NCBI GenBank assembly: GCA_029210585.1
Contig: JARGFP010000012.1
Coordinates: 44,512-108,511 of the forward strand
Source: Bacteroidales bacterium
GTDB lineage: Bacteria; Bacteroidota; Bacteroidia; Bacteroidales; GCA-2748055
Reading direction: 5' to 3'
Length of the DNA stretch: 64,000 bases
Part shown: positions 29,275-37,843 of the stretch, piece after piece
Position numbering within the stretch: the stretch's first letter is position 1
How the letters are laid out: each line of letters begins with the position of its first letter
Made by a program: the position numbers and the translations under genes
The notes under the pieces: generated by a model
The model's database searches: none
What the model saw: only the letters and a program-made list of their open reading frames with translations
What the model was told of the DNA's origin: nothing

Positions 29275-30246
29275 ATGGCGAAGTATTATTTTAATCCCGA
29301 CAGTCTGCAATACGAACAGATCGAAAACACCACCCGTGACCGTTGGTTCGCTTTCATGAAGTTCACCCTGCTTGTCAGCCTGTTGTCTGTTGTCGTTTTG
29401 AAGGTAAGCGAGGATGTGGTTCAGAGTCCGAAACTCAAGAAACTTACCGCCGAACGGCAGGAGATTGCCTATGAACTCCAGCTGCTGAACAGGGACCTGC
29501 AACAGTACCAGGAGCATCTCGACCGGATCGCGTACAACGACGACCACCTGTACCGGGTGTTCTTCGAGGTTGATCCGATTCCTGTCACCAAGCGTGAAGC
29601 AGGGACGGGGGGGTCACAGCAGTACCGGCAATTAAGGAACAAACCAAACAGTGGTCTGCTCGTGGAAGCCAACAAGAACCTTGATGATGTAGCCCGGCAG
29701 CTGGTCATACAATCCAAATCGTTCGATGAGGTGATCGACCTGGCCAGACACAAGGAACAGCATATGGCCGCCAAACCATCCATTCAGCCGGTGAGCATCA
29801 ACGAGCTGATCAGGTTTGGTTCTTCCTATGGAATGCGCATGCACCCGATCCTGAATCAGTACCGGTACCACAACGGGATCGACCTGACTGCTCCGCGGGG
29901 AACAAAGATATACGCCACGGCCGATGGGGTCGTGGTGCAGGCAAATTATACCACCGGCGGATACGGCAAAAAGATAATGATTGACCATGGGTACGGTTAC
30001 AAGACTTTGTATGGCCACTGCTACAAGATCCTGGTGGAACGCGGACAGAAGGTCAAGCGGGGCGAGGTGATCGGCCTGGTTGGCAATACAGGACTTTCCA
30101 CGCGCTCGCACCTGCATTACGAGGTATGGGTCAATAACCGTGCGGTCAACCCGATCAACTATTACGCGAACGACCTTTCACCTGATGAATATGACCGCAT
30201 GATTAACCTGCTTTCAAAAGCAGATCCCTCCTTCGATATCAATTAA
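29275..30246 (+). CDS. membrane-anchored M23 metallopeptidase, paralog 3
   Basis: An N-terminal TM segment is followed by the catalytic motifs YHNGID and RSHLHYE. Confidence 0.85.
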   Translation: MAKYYFNPDSLQYEQIENTTRDRWFAFMKFTLLVSLLSVVVLKVSEDVVQSPKLKKLTAERQEIAYELQLLNRDLQQYQEHLDRIAYNDDHLYRVFFEVDPIPVTKREAGTGGSQQYRQLRNKPNSGLLVEANKNLDDVARQLVIQSKSFDEVIDLARHKEQHMAAKPSIQPVSINELIRFGSSYGMRMHPILNQYRYHNGIDLTAPRGTKIYATADGVVVQANYTTGGYGKKIMIDHGYGYKTLYGHCYKILVERGQKVKRGEVIGLVGNTGLSTRSHLHYEVWVNNRAVNPINYYANDLSPDEYDRMINLLSKADPSFDIN

Positions 30247-30248
30247 AT

Positions 30249-31490
30249 ATGCTGAAGTACATAAGCTTTTTTTCCCCCGTCCTGCTGGCAGTCATGTTTT
30301 CCTGCTCCGGAACCAGGCAGGTGGCCAGTGCACCCGGAGAACAGGAAATAAATGGTACCGCAGGTGACCTGACCAGGGAAGCGGCCGCTGGAATTTCCCG
30401 CGACACCACGCCGCAGGAAATCTGCATGGATACACTCAGCCGGTACGACTCCGTCTTCCTGTCGCTGCAGGATCCCGGTTCGGTCTATGCCGAAGCACTC
30501 GCGCGCCTGGAACCGGAGACCCTTTGCATCATCGGTACAGGCGATATCATGCCCGGTACGGATTACCCCGACGTGCGGTACCTGCCGCCGGGCAACGACT
30601 GCGCGGCACTTTTCGACCCGGTCCGGGAAGTCCTCGCTTCTGCAGATGTCACGTTTGGGAACCTCGAAGGGGTGTTCAGCTCCGACGGCGGAACGGCCAA
30701 GCACTGCAATGACCCGTCGGTCTGCTATGTTTTCAGGATGCCCGATGCCTACCTGTCATACATTCTCGATGCCGGGTATGATTTACTCAGCGTGGCCAAC
30801 AACCATGTGAATGATTTTGGTGCGGCGGGAAGGGCAAATACGGCCCGACTGCTGGAGGAGGCCGGTGTTCCGTTTGCCGGGTTCCGCAGCCATCCCTATA
30901 CCACGTTCGAGAAAAATGGTGTTACCTATGGTTTTGCCGCCTTCGCACCTCACACCGGCACGGTCGACCTGAAGGATTACGCCGGTGCTGCGGCCATTGT
31001 TGCCATGCTCGATTCCATCAGCGATGTGGTCATCGTTTCGTTCCATGGAGGGGCAGAAGGACGCGACTACCAGCATGTGCCGTGTACCGACGAAGTCTTC
31101 CTCGGACATAACAGGGGCAATGTGTGTGCATTCGCCCGGACTGTTGTGGATGCAGGCGCTGACGTGGTGTTCGGACATGGTCCGCACGTGATCCGCGGCA
31201 TGGAACTGTACAAGGACAGGCTGATCTGTTACAGCCTGGGGAACTTTTGTACCTACGCACGGTTCAACCTGAGCGGTCCCAACGGACTTGCCCCGGTCAT
31301 CAAGGTATATACGGCGCCTGACGGCTCCTTCCTGGAAGGGAAGATCATTCCGATGTACCAGCCCGGCGAAGGAGGCCCCCGTCCGGATCCGCTGAATCGT
31401 GCCATCACCATGCTGCAGGAACTGAGCGCTGCCGATTTTCCCGACAGTCCGCTGGTGATCGAAACGAACGGCACATTCTATGCTGAATAG
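30249..31490 (+). CDS. CapA family (PGA_cap metallophosphatase-fold) lipoprotein
   Basis: The gene starts 3 nt after the third M23 gene. It has a lipoprotein-like leader (LLAVMFSCSG). CapA motifs are present (GTGDIMPG, FGNLEG, SVANNHVNDFG). Confidence 0.75.
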   Translation: MLKYISFFSPVLLAVMFSCSGTRQVASAPGEQEINGTAGDLTREAAAGISRDTTPQEICMDTLSRYDSVFLSLQDPGSVYAEALARLEPETLCIIGTGDIMPGTDYPDVRYLPPGNDCAALFDPVREVLASADVTFGNLEGVFSSDGGTAKHCNDPSVCYVFRMPDAYLSYILDAGYDLLSVANNHVNDFGAAGRANTARLLEEAGVPFAGFRSHPYTTFEKNGVTYGFAAFAPHTGTVDLKDYAGAAAIVAMLDSISDVVIVSFHGGAEGRDYQHVPCTDEVFLGHNRGNVCAFARTVVDAGADVVFGHGPHVIRGMELYKDRLICYSLGNFCTYARFNLSGPNGLAPVIKVYTAPDGSFLEGKIIPMYQPGEGGPRPDPLNRAITMLQELSAADFPDSPLVIETNGTFYAE

Positions 31491-31681
31491 TGGCTGCGGA
31501 CGCTTCCGCCAGCTGCACTACGGTCCCTCCCGTTCCCTGCCCTGCGGTTGGTGGGAATACCGTTAAAAACATATAATTGATGATCCCGGATAAATTATCT
31601 GTGTGCTTTGCGCGCATAATCGTTGATTAGGTGGACTATTTTTTTTAATTTGTGTTGAATTTCCAATAAGCAAACATCATC

Positions 31682-32020
31682 ATGCCTTACAAAGAGAAAA
31701 AGGTGGAAAAACTCTATTACACCATCGGGGAGGTTGCAGACATGTTCAGTGTAAACACATCCCTCATCCGGTACTGGGAAAAAGAGTTCGATATCATCAA
31801 GCCAAAGAAGAACAAGAAGGGGAACCGTCTGTTTACAAAAAAGGATATAGACAACTTCCATATGATCTACCATCTTGTGAAGGAACGTGGGATGACACTG
31901 AAGGGTGCACAGAAGAAGATGAAGGAGAACAAGGAAGAGGAGGAGTATAACTTCGAGATTGTCAAGTCACTCGAACAGATCAAGGAGATGCTGCTGGAGG
32001 TGAAGGAGACCATCCCGTAA
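31682..32020 (+). CDS. MerR family transcriptional regulator (small)
   Basis: The MerR-type HTH is present (YYTIGEVADMFSVNTSLIRYWEKEF...RLFTKKDI). Confidence 0.8.
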   Translation: MPYKEKKVEKLYYTIGEVADMFSVNTSLIRYWEKEFDIIKPKKNKKGNRLFTKKDIDNFHMIYHLVKERGMTLKGAQKKMKENKEEEEYNFEIVKSLEQIKEMLLEVKETIP

Positions 32021-32041
32021 CCCGTAAAATCAATCCGGACA

Positions 32042-33136
32042 ATGAAGCTCAGAGAAATCACAGCCTTCTTTGAGAGGCTGGCACCATTAATGTACCAGGA
32101 ATCCTATGACAATTCTGGCCTGCAAATCGGCGACTATGCAATGGAGGTCAGCGGGGCACTGGTCACACTCGACATCACCGGGGAGGTGATCGATGAAGCC
32201 ATACGGAAGCAGGTGAACCTGGTGATCGGTCACCACCCGCTGATATTTGGCGGACTGAAGTCGATCACGGGTAAAAACATGACGGAGCGGGTGGTGCAGA
32301 AAGCCATCAAAAACGATATCGCCATCTATGCGGTACATACCAACCTGGATGTGATACAGCAGGGAGTCAGCGGTAAAATCTGCGAGGTGATCGGACTGAA
32401 AAACAACAGGATACTGGAACCTGCCGGGGGAGTGCTTAAAAAGCTGGTGGTGTTTGTGCCTTCCGGTCATGCTGAAAAAGTCAGGCAAGCCCTCTTTGCA
32501 GCCGGTGCAGGGATGATCGGCAATTACGACAGCTGCAGCTACAACACGGAAGGAGAGGGAACCTTCCGCGGCGGCGGCAATACAAACCCCTTCGTGGGTG
32601 AGCAGGGCGAACTGCACTTCGAACCGGAAGTAAGGATTGAGACCATCTTTCCCGAACACGTGAAGGGGATGGTCATCACCGCGATGCTCCAGGCACATCC
32701 GTACGAGGAGGTGGCATACGATATTTACCCGCTGGAGAATAAATATCCCGGGGTGGGCATGGGCATGATCGGTGAACTGGAGACACCCGTGGATGAAACG
32801 GAATTCCTGTCGCTGCTCAGGGAAAGGTTCCACACAGGTGTCATCCGGCATTCGGCCCTCCTGGACAAAAAGATCAGGAAAGTTGCGGTCTGTGGAGGTG
32901 CCGGTAGCTCGCTGCTCAGAAAAGCGATTTCCGAAAAAGCCGATATTTTTGTTACCGGCGACTTCAAATATCACCAGTTTTTTGATGCCGAAGGGAAGAC
33001 CATCATCGCTGATATCGGACATTTTGAGAGTGAACAATATACAAGGGAAATATTTTATGATTTACTTATCAAAAATTTCCCTAAATTTGCAGTCCAATTA
33101 TCCGAAGTAAATACAAATCCAATAAAATACTTTTAG
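32042..33136 (+). CDS. Nif3-like dinuclear metal centre protein
   Basis: The 364-aa product has DNSGLQIGD, VIGHHPLIF and HTNLD motifs, plus a PII-like insert. Confidence 0.85.
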   Translation: MKLREITAFFERLAPLMYQESYDNSGLQIGDYAMEVSGALVTLDITGEVIDEAIRKQVNLVIGHHPLIFGGLKSITGKNMTERVVQKAIKNDIAIYAVHTNLDVIQQGVSGKICEVIGLKNNRILEPAGGVLKKLVVFVPSGHAEKVRQALFAAGAGMIGNYDSCSYNTEGEGTFRGGGNTNPFVGEQGELHFEPEVRIETIFPEHVKGMVITAMLQAHPYEEVAYDIYPLENKYPGVGMGMIGELETPVDETEFLSLLRERFHTGVIRHSALLDKKIRKVAVCGGAGSSLLRKAISEKADIFVTGDFKYHQFFDAEGKTIIADIGHFESEQYTREIFYDLLIKNFPKFAVQLSEVNTNPIKYF

Positions 33137-33139
33137 TGA

Positions 33140-33922
33140 ATGGCTAACAAGAAATCTGACGCCGGAACAAAGGAAATGACAGTAGCTGAAAAGCTGCGCG
33201 CATTATACGAATTACAACAGGTGGGAACCGATATTGATAAGATCAGGATCCTTCGCGGGGAATTGCCGCTTGAGGTGCAGGACCTGGAAGATGAGATCGA
33301 AGGACTGCAGACCAGGATTGCCAAGTACAAGGAAGACATCAATGTCCTGGAAAAATCAATCAACGGCAAGAAGCAGGAAATCAGTAATGCACAGGAGCTG
33401 ATCAAAAAGTACGAGGAACAGCAAAACAATGTCAGGAACAACCGTGAGTATGACTCTCTCTCCAAGGAGATTGAATTCCAGACCCTGGAAATCGAACTTT
33501 GTGAGAAAAGGATCAACGAATTTGCTGTTCAGATCAAGGAGAAGACCGAGGTAATCGATGAATCCACTGCCTTGCTGAACGAGCGGACAGGTGATCTTGA
33601 CAACAAGAAGAAAGAGCTGGACGACATTGTTTCTGAGACACAGAAGGAAGAAGATCAGCTCGAAACAAAATCTGAAAACATCAAGGCAATGCTCGACGAG
33701 CGGCTGCAGTCAGCATACAACAAGATCCGCAGCAATGCCCGGAACGGTCTTGCCGTGGTGCAGGTGGAAAGGGATGCATGTGGTGGTTGCTACAACAAGA
33801 TCCCGCCACAGCGGCAGCTCGATATTGCATCGCGCAAGAAGATCATCGTTTGCGAATATTGCGGAAGAATCCTGGTCGATGACCAGATCATGGAAGTTGC
33901 GCCTCCTGCAGAGAAGAAATAA
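33140..33922 (+). CDS. coiled-coil protein with C-terminal C4 zinc ribbon (COG1579-like)
   Basis: A long heptad-rich region ends in CGGCYNKIPP...CEYCGRIL. The gene sits directly downstream of nif3, which is the usual conserved pairing. Confidence 0.75.
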   Translation: MANKKSDAGTKEMTVAEKLRALYELQQVGTDIDKIRILRGELPLEVQDLEDEIEGLQTRIAKYKEDINVLEKSINGKKQEISNAQELIKKYEEQQNNVRNNREYDSLSKEIEFQTLEIELCEKRINEFAVQIKEKTEVIDESTALLNERTGDLDNKKKELDDIVSETQKEEDQLETKSENIKAMLDERLQSAYNKIRSNARNGLAVVQVERDACGGCYNKIPPQRQLDIASRKKIIVCEYCGRILVDDQIMEVAPPAEKK

Positions 33923-33929
33923 CAGGCTT

Positions 33930-35051
33930 TTATTGCACTGCGGGGAATAGCTTCCGCTCCGGGACCCCTTCCAGGTTTTCACGTGTATCCTGCAGGAAAG
34001 TTTTCATGGCAGTTGCATCAGCAGCTGTAATGCCCAGCACCGGGTACAGGGTGCTGTCAATCGCAGCCGGGACCAGGCTGAATGCCACTCCTTTCGTTGT
34101 GTTTGCCTTGTGGACCCAGGTGGGAAGGTAACTGTAGGACTTCAGCCGGGTCCGGTCCGTCTTTTCCAGTGTTATATCAACAAGAATACCGCCATCCGTA
34201 TACCGCTTCCGCTGGTTACTGATCATATTTCCTTTCGAATACACCACCAGTTTGTCGTCATATAACCGGATCGGCTGCACCACATGCGGGTGTGATCCGA
34301 TGATGGCATCGGCGCCCTGCGACAGCAGGAACTGAGCGAGCTTCTGTTGCGCTTTGTTTTCAGTGCGCTCATATTCCAGTCCCCAGTGCATCAGCACAAT
34401 GGTGAAATCAGGCCGGGCAGTGGCCGCTTTTTCCAGGTCTTTCCTGACCTGGGCTGTGTCGATGTAATTGACAATGTTCGGAGGGGTAACCCTGATCCCG
34501 TTGGTCCCATAGGTGTAATTAAGGAGCGCGAGTCTGATATTGTTCTTTTCAACGATCAGCGGGTATGCTGAACGGCGCACGGCAGTATCGCGGAACACCC
34601 CGGTTTGAATGATACCCATGCTGTCCAGCACTTCCAGCGTGCGTTCCAGTCCGTTTTTTCCCCGGTCGATGGCGTGGTTGTTGGCATTGACAAGAATATC
34701 AAACCCGGCTTCTTTGATGGCACTGGCCAGGGCATCCGGACTGGAAAAGGCAGGATATCCCTTGTAGGGCGGACCGGCGAATGTCACTTCGAGGTTCCCG
34801 ATGGCGATGTCGGCTGCTGCAATGTATGGCGCCACGTACCTGAAACAGGAAGAGTAATCGTAGGCGCCGTCGCCCATCTGCCGTGCCGACTCAATTTGCG
34901 TGTCATGTCCCATGATATCACCTGCAAACAGCAGGGTAAGGGTAGGGGCTTCCTGTGCACCAAGTGCACAAAGATTGAGGAGCAACAGGAACAGCATGAA
35001 CACTGGTAACAGGCTCCTGCAGCAAGGATGTTGGTTTTCTGACGTATGCAT
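33930..35051 (-). CDS. CapA family (PGA_cap metallophosphatase-fold) protein, second copy
   Basis: A signal peptide is present, with CapA motifs FAGDIMGHD, IGNLEV and NANNHAIDRG. Confidence 0.75.
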   Translation of the reverse strand: MHTSENQHPCCRSLLPVFMLFLLLLNLCALGAQEAPTLTLLFAGDIMGHDTQIESARQMGDGAYDYSSCFRYVAPYIAAADIAIGNLEVTFAGPPYKGYPAFSSPDALASAIKEAGFDILVNANNHAIDRGKNGLERTLEVLDSMGIIQTGVFRDTAVRRSAYPLIVEKNNIRLALLNYTYGTNGIRVTPPNIVNYIDTAQVRKDLEKAATARPDFTIVLMHWGLEYERTENKAQQKLAQFLLSQGADAIIGSHPHVVQPIRLYDDKLVVYSKGNMISNQRKRYTDGGILVDITLEKTDRTRLKSYSYLPTWVHKANTTKGVAFSLVPAAIDSTLYPVLGITAADATAMKTFLQDTRENLEGVPERKLFPAVQ

Positions 35052-35137
35052 GACGCGTCAAAATAGTAAAAAAAATTGTAATCAATAAGGAATTGTTCCG
35101 GAATGAGGAATGGCCTGGCTGCGCGGCACGTGAATAA

Positions 35138-35989
35138 TTACCAGCTGCCGCCGGCGCCGCCACCTCCGAAGGAGCCTCCGCCACCTCCGGTGAAGCCGCC
35201 AAATCCGCCGCTGCCACCGAAACCGCCGCCGCTTCCAAATCCACCGCTGCCTGATGAGAAATTGCCAAAACTGCCCCTGCCCCGTCCGCCCGACAACATG
35301 CCCAGGGCGATCCAGAGCGGCAGGCTGCTGCCCCGTCCGCCTGCCCCGTACGACCTGCGGCGCGAACCGAAAAGGACGAAGAACATGATAATCAGGAAGA
35401 TAATGCCGCCGATGGCCGATCCGGCATCCGAAGAGGATGTTTGCTCGCGGTACTCGTCGGGTGTGAATTTTCCCTCCACCAGGGAGATCATCACATCCGT
35501 TGCTTTGTCGACACCCTCAAAATAGGCTCCCTGTCTGAAAGATGGGATGATCTCGTTTTCGATGATCCTCCTGCTGAGGGCATCTGTAATATACTCCTCC
35601 AGACCGTATCCGTTGGCGATGAACACATCCCTGTCCTTCATGTCCAGCAGCAGGATCAGGCCATTGTCCTTGCCCTGTTGTCCCACGCCCCATGCTTCTC
35701 CGATCATCGGGGCCAGCATGGAAGCAGGGTACCCGTTGTTCTGACTGATGGTTACGACAAAGATCTGCGTGGAGTTGTCGTATTGAAAAACGTTCAGTTT
35801 CCTGCTGAGCTGCTGCTCTTCTGCTTCACTGAACACATCGGCGTAATCGTTCACCCAGTCGGCCGGCTGCCCCGGTACGGGCAGGTCATCCTGTGCGGTC
35901 AGTCCTATTGTGGCGATTGAGAGAAGGAGTACGAATATGGTGATCCTGGAATGCATCGGTTTATTTTTAAGGGCAAGTTGGAAACTCAT
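35138..35989 (-). CDS. TPM domain protein (YgcG-like) with TM segment and Gly-rich tail
   Basis: A signal peptide is followed by the TPM domain (WVNDYADVFSEAEEQQLSRKL...GLILLLDMKDRDVFIANGYGLE). Then come a TM helix and the tail GGFGSGGGFGGSGGFGGFTGGGGGSFGGGGAGGSW. Confidence 0.75.
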   Translation of the reverse strand: MSFQLALKNKPMHSRITIFVLLLSIATIGLTAQDDLPVPGQPADWVNDYADVFSEAEEQQLSRKLNVFQYDNSTQIFVVTISQNNGYPASMLAPMIGEAWGVGQQGKDNGLILLLDMKDRDVFIANGYGLEEYITDALSRRIIENEIIPSFRQGAYFEGVDKATDVMISLVEGKFTPDEYREQTSSSDAGSAIGGIIFLIIMFFVLFGSRRRSYGAGGRGSSLPLWIALGMLSGGRGRGSFGNFSSGSGGFGSGGGFGGSGGFGGFTGGGGGSFGGGGAGGSW

Positions 35990-36025
35990 TTGACCTGTTC
36001 ATCATGATTCTTTAATGGGTACATT

Positions 36026-36463
36026 TTATTTCCCGAAGGAGATCTCATCAGGCAGTTCGTTCTTATCGTCCGACTGGCAGGGGAAATGCGCTTGCAGCTG
36101 CTCACCGGCCATATCAATGCCCCTGATCAGTCCTTCGGTAAATTGATCCTCCTTGAAATACGCAAGCATCTCCTCCTTGATATTGTCCCAGAAATTCCCG
36201 GGAGTGACCGCATTGATGCCGGCATCCCCGATGATGGCAAACTTGCGGTCCTTCACAGCAAGATAGAAGAGGACCCCGTTCCGCAGTTCGGTTTTATGCA
36301 TTTTCAGTGTCCTGAACCAGCTGGCCGCGCAATCCAGTACATCAATCCTGCAGTGGTTGTCCACGTGCAACCTGATCTCCCCCGATGTGTTCAGTTCGGC
36401 CCTGGCAATGGCATCCCTGATCTGCTTCTTCTGTTCTTTTGTGAAAAAATTGGCTGCAATCAT
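36026..36463 (-). CDS. TPM domain protein (small, soluble form)
   Basis: The 145-aa product has TPM features (FFTKEQKKQIRDAIARAELNTSGEIRLHV, NGVLFYLAVKDRKFAIIGDAGI). Confidence 0.75.
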   Translation of the reverse strand: MIAANFFTKEQKKQIRDAIARAELNTSGEIRLHVDNHCRIDVLDCAASWFRTLKMHKTELRNGVLFYLAVKDRKFAIIGDAGINAVTPGNFWDNIKEEMLAYFKEDQFTEGLIRGIDMAGEQLQAHFPCQSDDKNELPDEISFGK

Positions 36464-36485
36464 GGTCTTCGGTTCAGATGCTACA

Positions 36486-37073
36486 TTAGAATATCACTTC
36501 GGGTGCTGTTTCGGTTCCTGCTGCAGATTCGAAATATCCCCTCGCCTCAAATCCGCCTATGCCGGCAACCAGGTTCCTGGGAATACGCCGGATGGTGGCA
36601 TTGAAATCCTTGGCCATCTCATTGAATTTCCTCCGTTCAACGGCAATGCGGTTTTCAGTACCCTCCAGCTGTGACTGCAGCTCCAGGAAATTCTGGTTGG
36701 CCTTCAGCTCGGGGTACCGTTCCACGGTCACCAGCAACCTGGAGAGCGCGGAGCTTAATTCTCCCTGCGCCGCTTCAAACTGCGAGATCGCCTCCGGGGT
36801 GAGGTTGGAAGGGTCGATATTGACACTTGTGGCCTTTGCCCTGGCTTCGATGACCTGCGTCAGTGTTTCCTGCTCAAAGTCGGCATACCCCCGCACAGTT
36901 GCCACCAGGTTGGGAATGAGATCAGCCCGGCGCTGGTAGGAAGTTTCGACGTTGGCCCACTGGGCATTCACGTTTTCTTCCTTGGTTACAAGACCGTTAT
37001 AAATATTTACTCCCCAGAGTACGATCAGTACCACCAGGGCACCAATCACCAGCAAAGTTGTTTTGTTCTTCAT
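36486..37073 (-). CDS. lemA: LemA family protein
   Basis: The start is taken at ATG 37073 (MKNKTTLLVIGALVVLIVLWG...). The LemA core is present (YNGLVTKEENVNAQWANVETSYQRRADLIPNLV). The 80-codon upstream extension in the ORF track runs through a tandem repeat and is rejected. Confidence 0.85.
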   Translation of the reverse strand: MKNKTTLLVIGALVVLIVLWGVNIYNGLVTKEENVNAQWANVETSYQRRADLIPNLVATVRGYADFEQETLTQVIEARAKATSVNIDPSNLTPEAISQFEAAQGELSSALSRLLVTVERYPELKANQNFLELQSQLEGTENRIAVERRKFNEMAKDFNATIRRIPRNLVAGIGGFEARGYFESAAGTETAPEVIF

Positions 37074-37185
37074 TGTTCTTATGTTTTGCACAAAAATACA
37101 AAAAGTTTTTACCGCATCAGGCAGGTTTCCTGTCGTTCCGGTGAAAAATCGGTGAATGACATTTTCGAGTCTGCCGGCAATCCCT

Positions 37186-37273
37186 CCTGGCTGGACCAAT
37201 GATCTCTCCTGGCTGGACCAATGATCCCTCCTGGCTGGACCAATGATCTCTCCTGGCTGGACCAATGATCCCC
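37186..37273. repeat. 22-bp perfect-phase tandem repeat, 4 copies (CCTGGCTGGACCAATGATCYCY)
   Basis: The copies sit at 37186-37207, 37208-37229, 37230-37251 and 37252-37273. Only the last 4 positions vary (TCTCT / CCCT / TCTCT / CCCC pattern). A partial copy precedes them. The repeat lies in the divergent region between lemA and the DCC gene. Confidence 0.95.
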
Positions 37274-37324
37274 ACATGTAAATTACGGACCGCCCTGGTG
37301 GTAAACATATCACTGCACTGCACC

Positions 37325-37774
37325 ATGAACATCTGGACTGTTGAACCAGGACTGCCCCCTGCTTGTTATCCTTTCATGGAGCCTGCCATTGTATTTTTCG
37401 ACAATACCTGTGTGCTCTGCAGCCGCTCGGTGCAGTTCATATTCCGCCACGACCGGAAGGGGCGGTTTCAGTATGCTTCGCTGGATTCCGGGGCATTCAG
37501 CAGGATCGCGCACCTGGTGCCTGCCGGGGCCCGGGTACCCGATTCAGTTATCCTTTATATGAAAGGCAGGGTGTACCTGCGTTCTTCAGCAGCATTGCGC
37601 ATTGGTGCAAGACTTCGTTTTCCCGTGTCATTGGTTGCAGCAGGTTGGATCGTTCCGCCATTCCTCAGGGATGCCGTCTATGACTGGATCGCCCGGAACC
37701 GCTACCGGTGGTTCGGAAAAAGGGAAACCTGTTTCATTCCGGAAGGTGCACTTCAAGAACGCGTGCTGGAGTAA
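37325..37774 (+). CDS. thiol-disulfide oxidoreductase DCC family protein (DUF393)
   Basis: The DCC family motif is present (FFDNTCVLCSRSVQFIFRHD). The start is uncertain: ATG 37325 or 37376. The ORF-track start at 37265 lies inside the tandem repeat. Confidence 0.7.
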   Translation: MNIWTVEPGLPPACYPFMEPAIVFFDNTCVLCSRSVQFIFRHDRKGRFQYASLDSGAFSRIAHLVPAGARVPDSVILYMKGRVYLRSSAALRIGARLRFPVSLVAAGWIVPPFLRDAVYDWIARNRYRWFGKRETCFIPEGALQERVLE

Positions 37775-37843
37775 ACGCTATGTTGCAAAATACCCTGTTG
37801 CTCCTTCCTATTTTGCTAATTTTACAGGATCAAATCTACCATC

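Noticed and set aside
37186-37273. The 22-bp repeat array considered as a CRISPR array.
   Set aside because: The units are directly abutting, with no unique spacers. There are only four copies, and no cas genes occur anywhere in the window.
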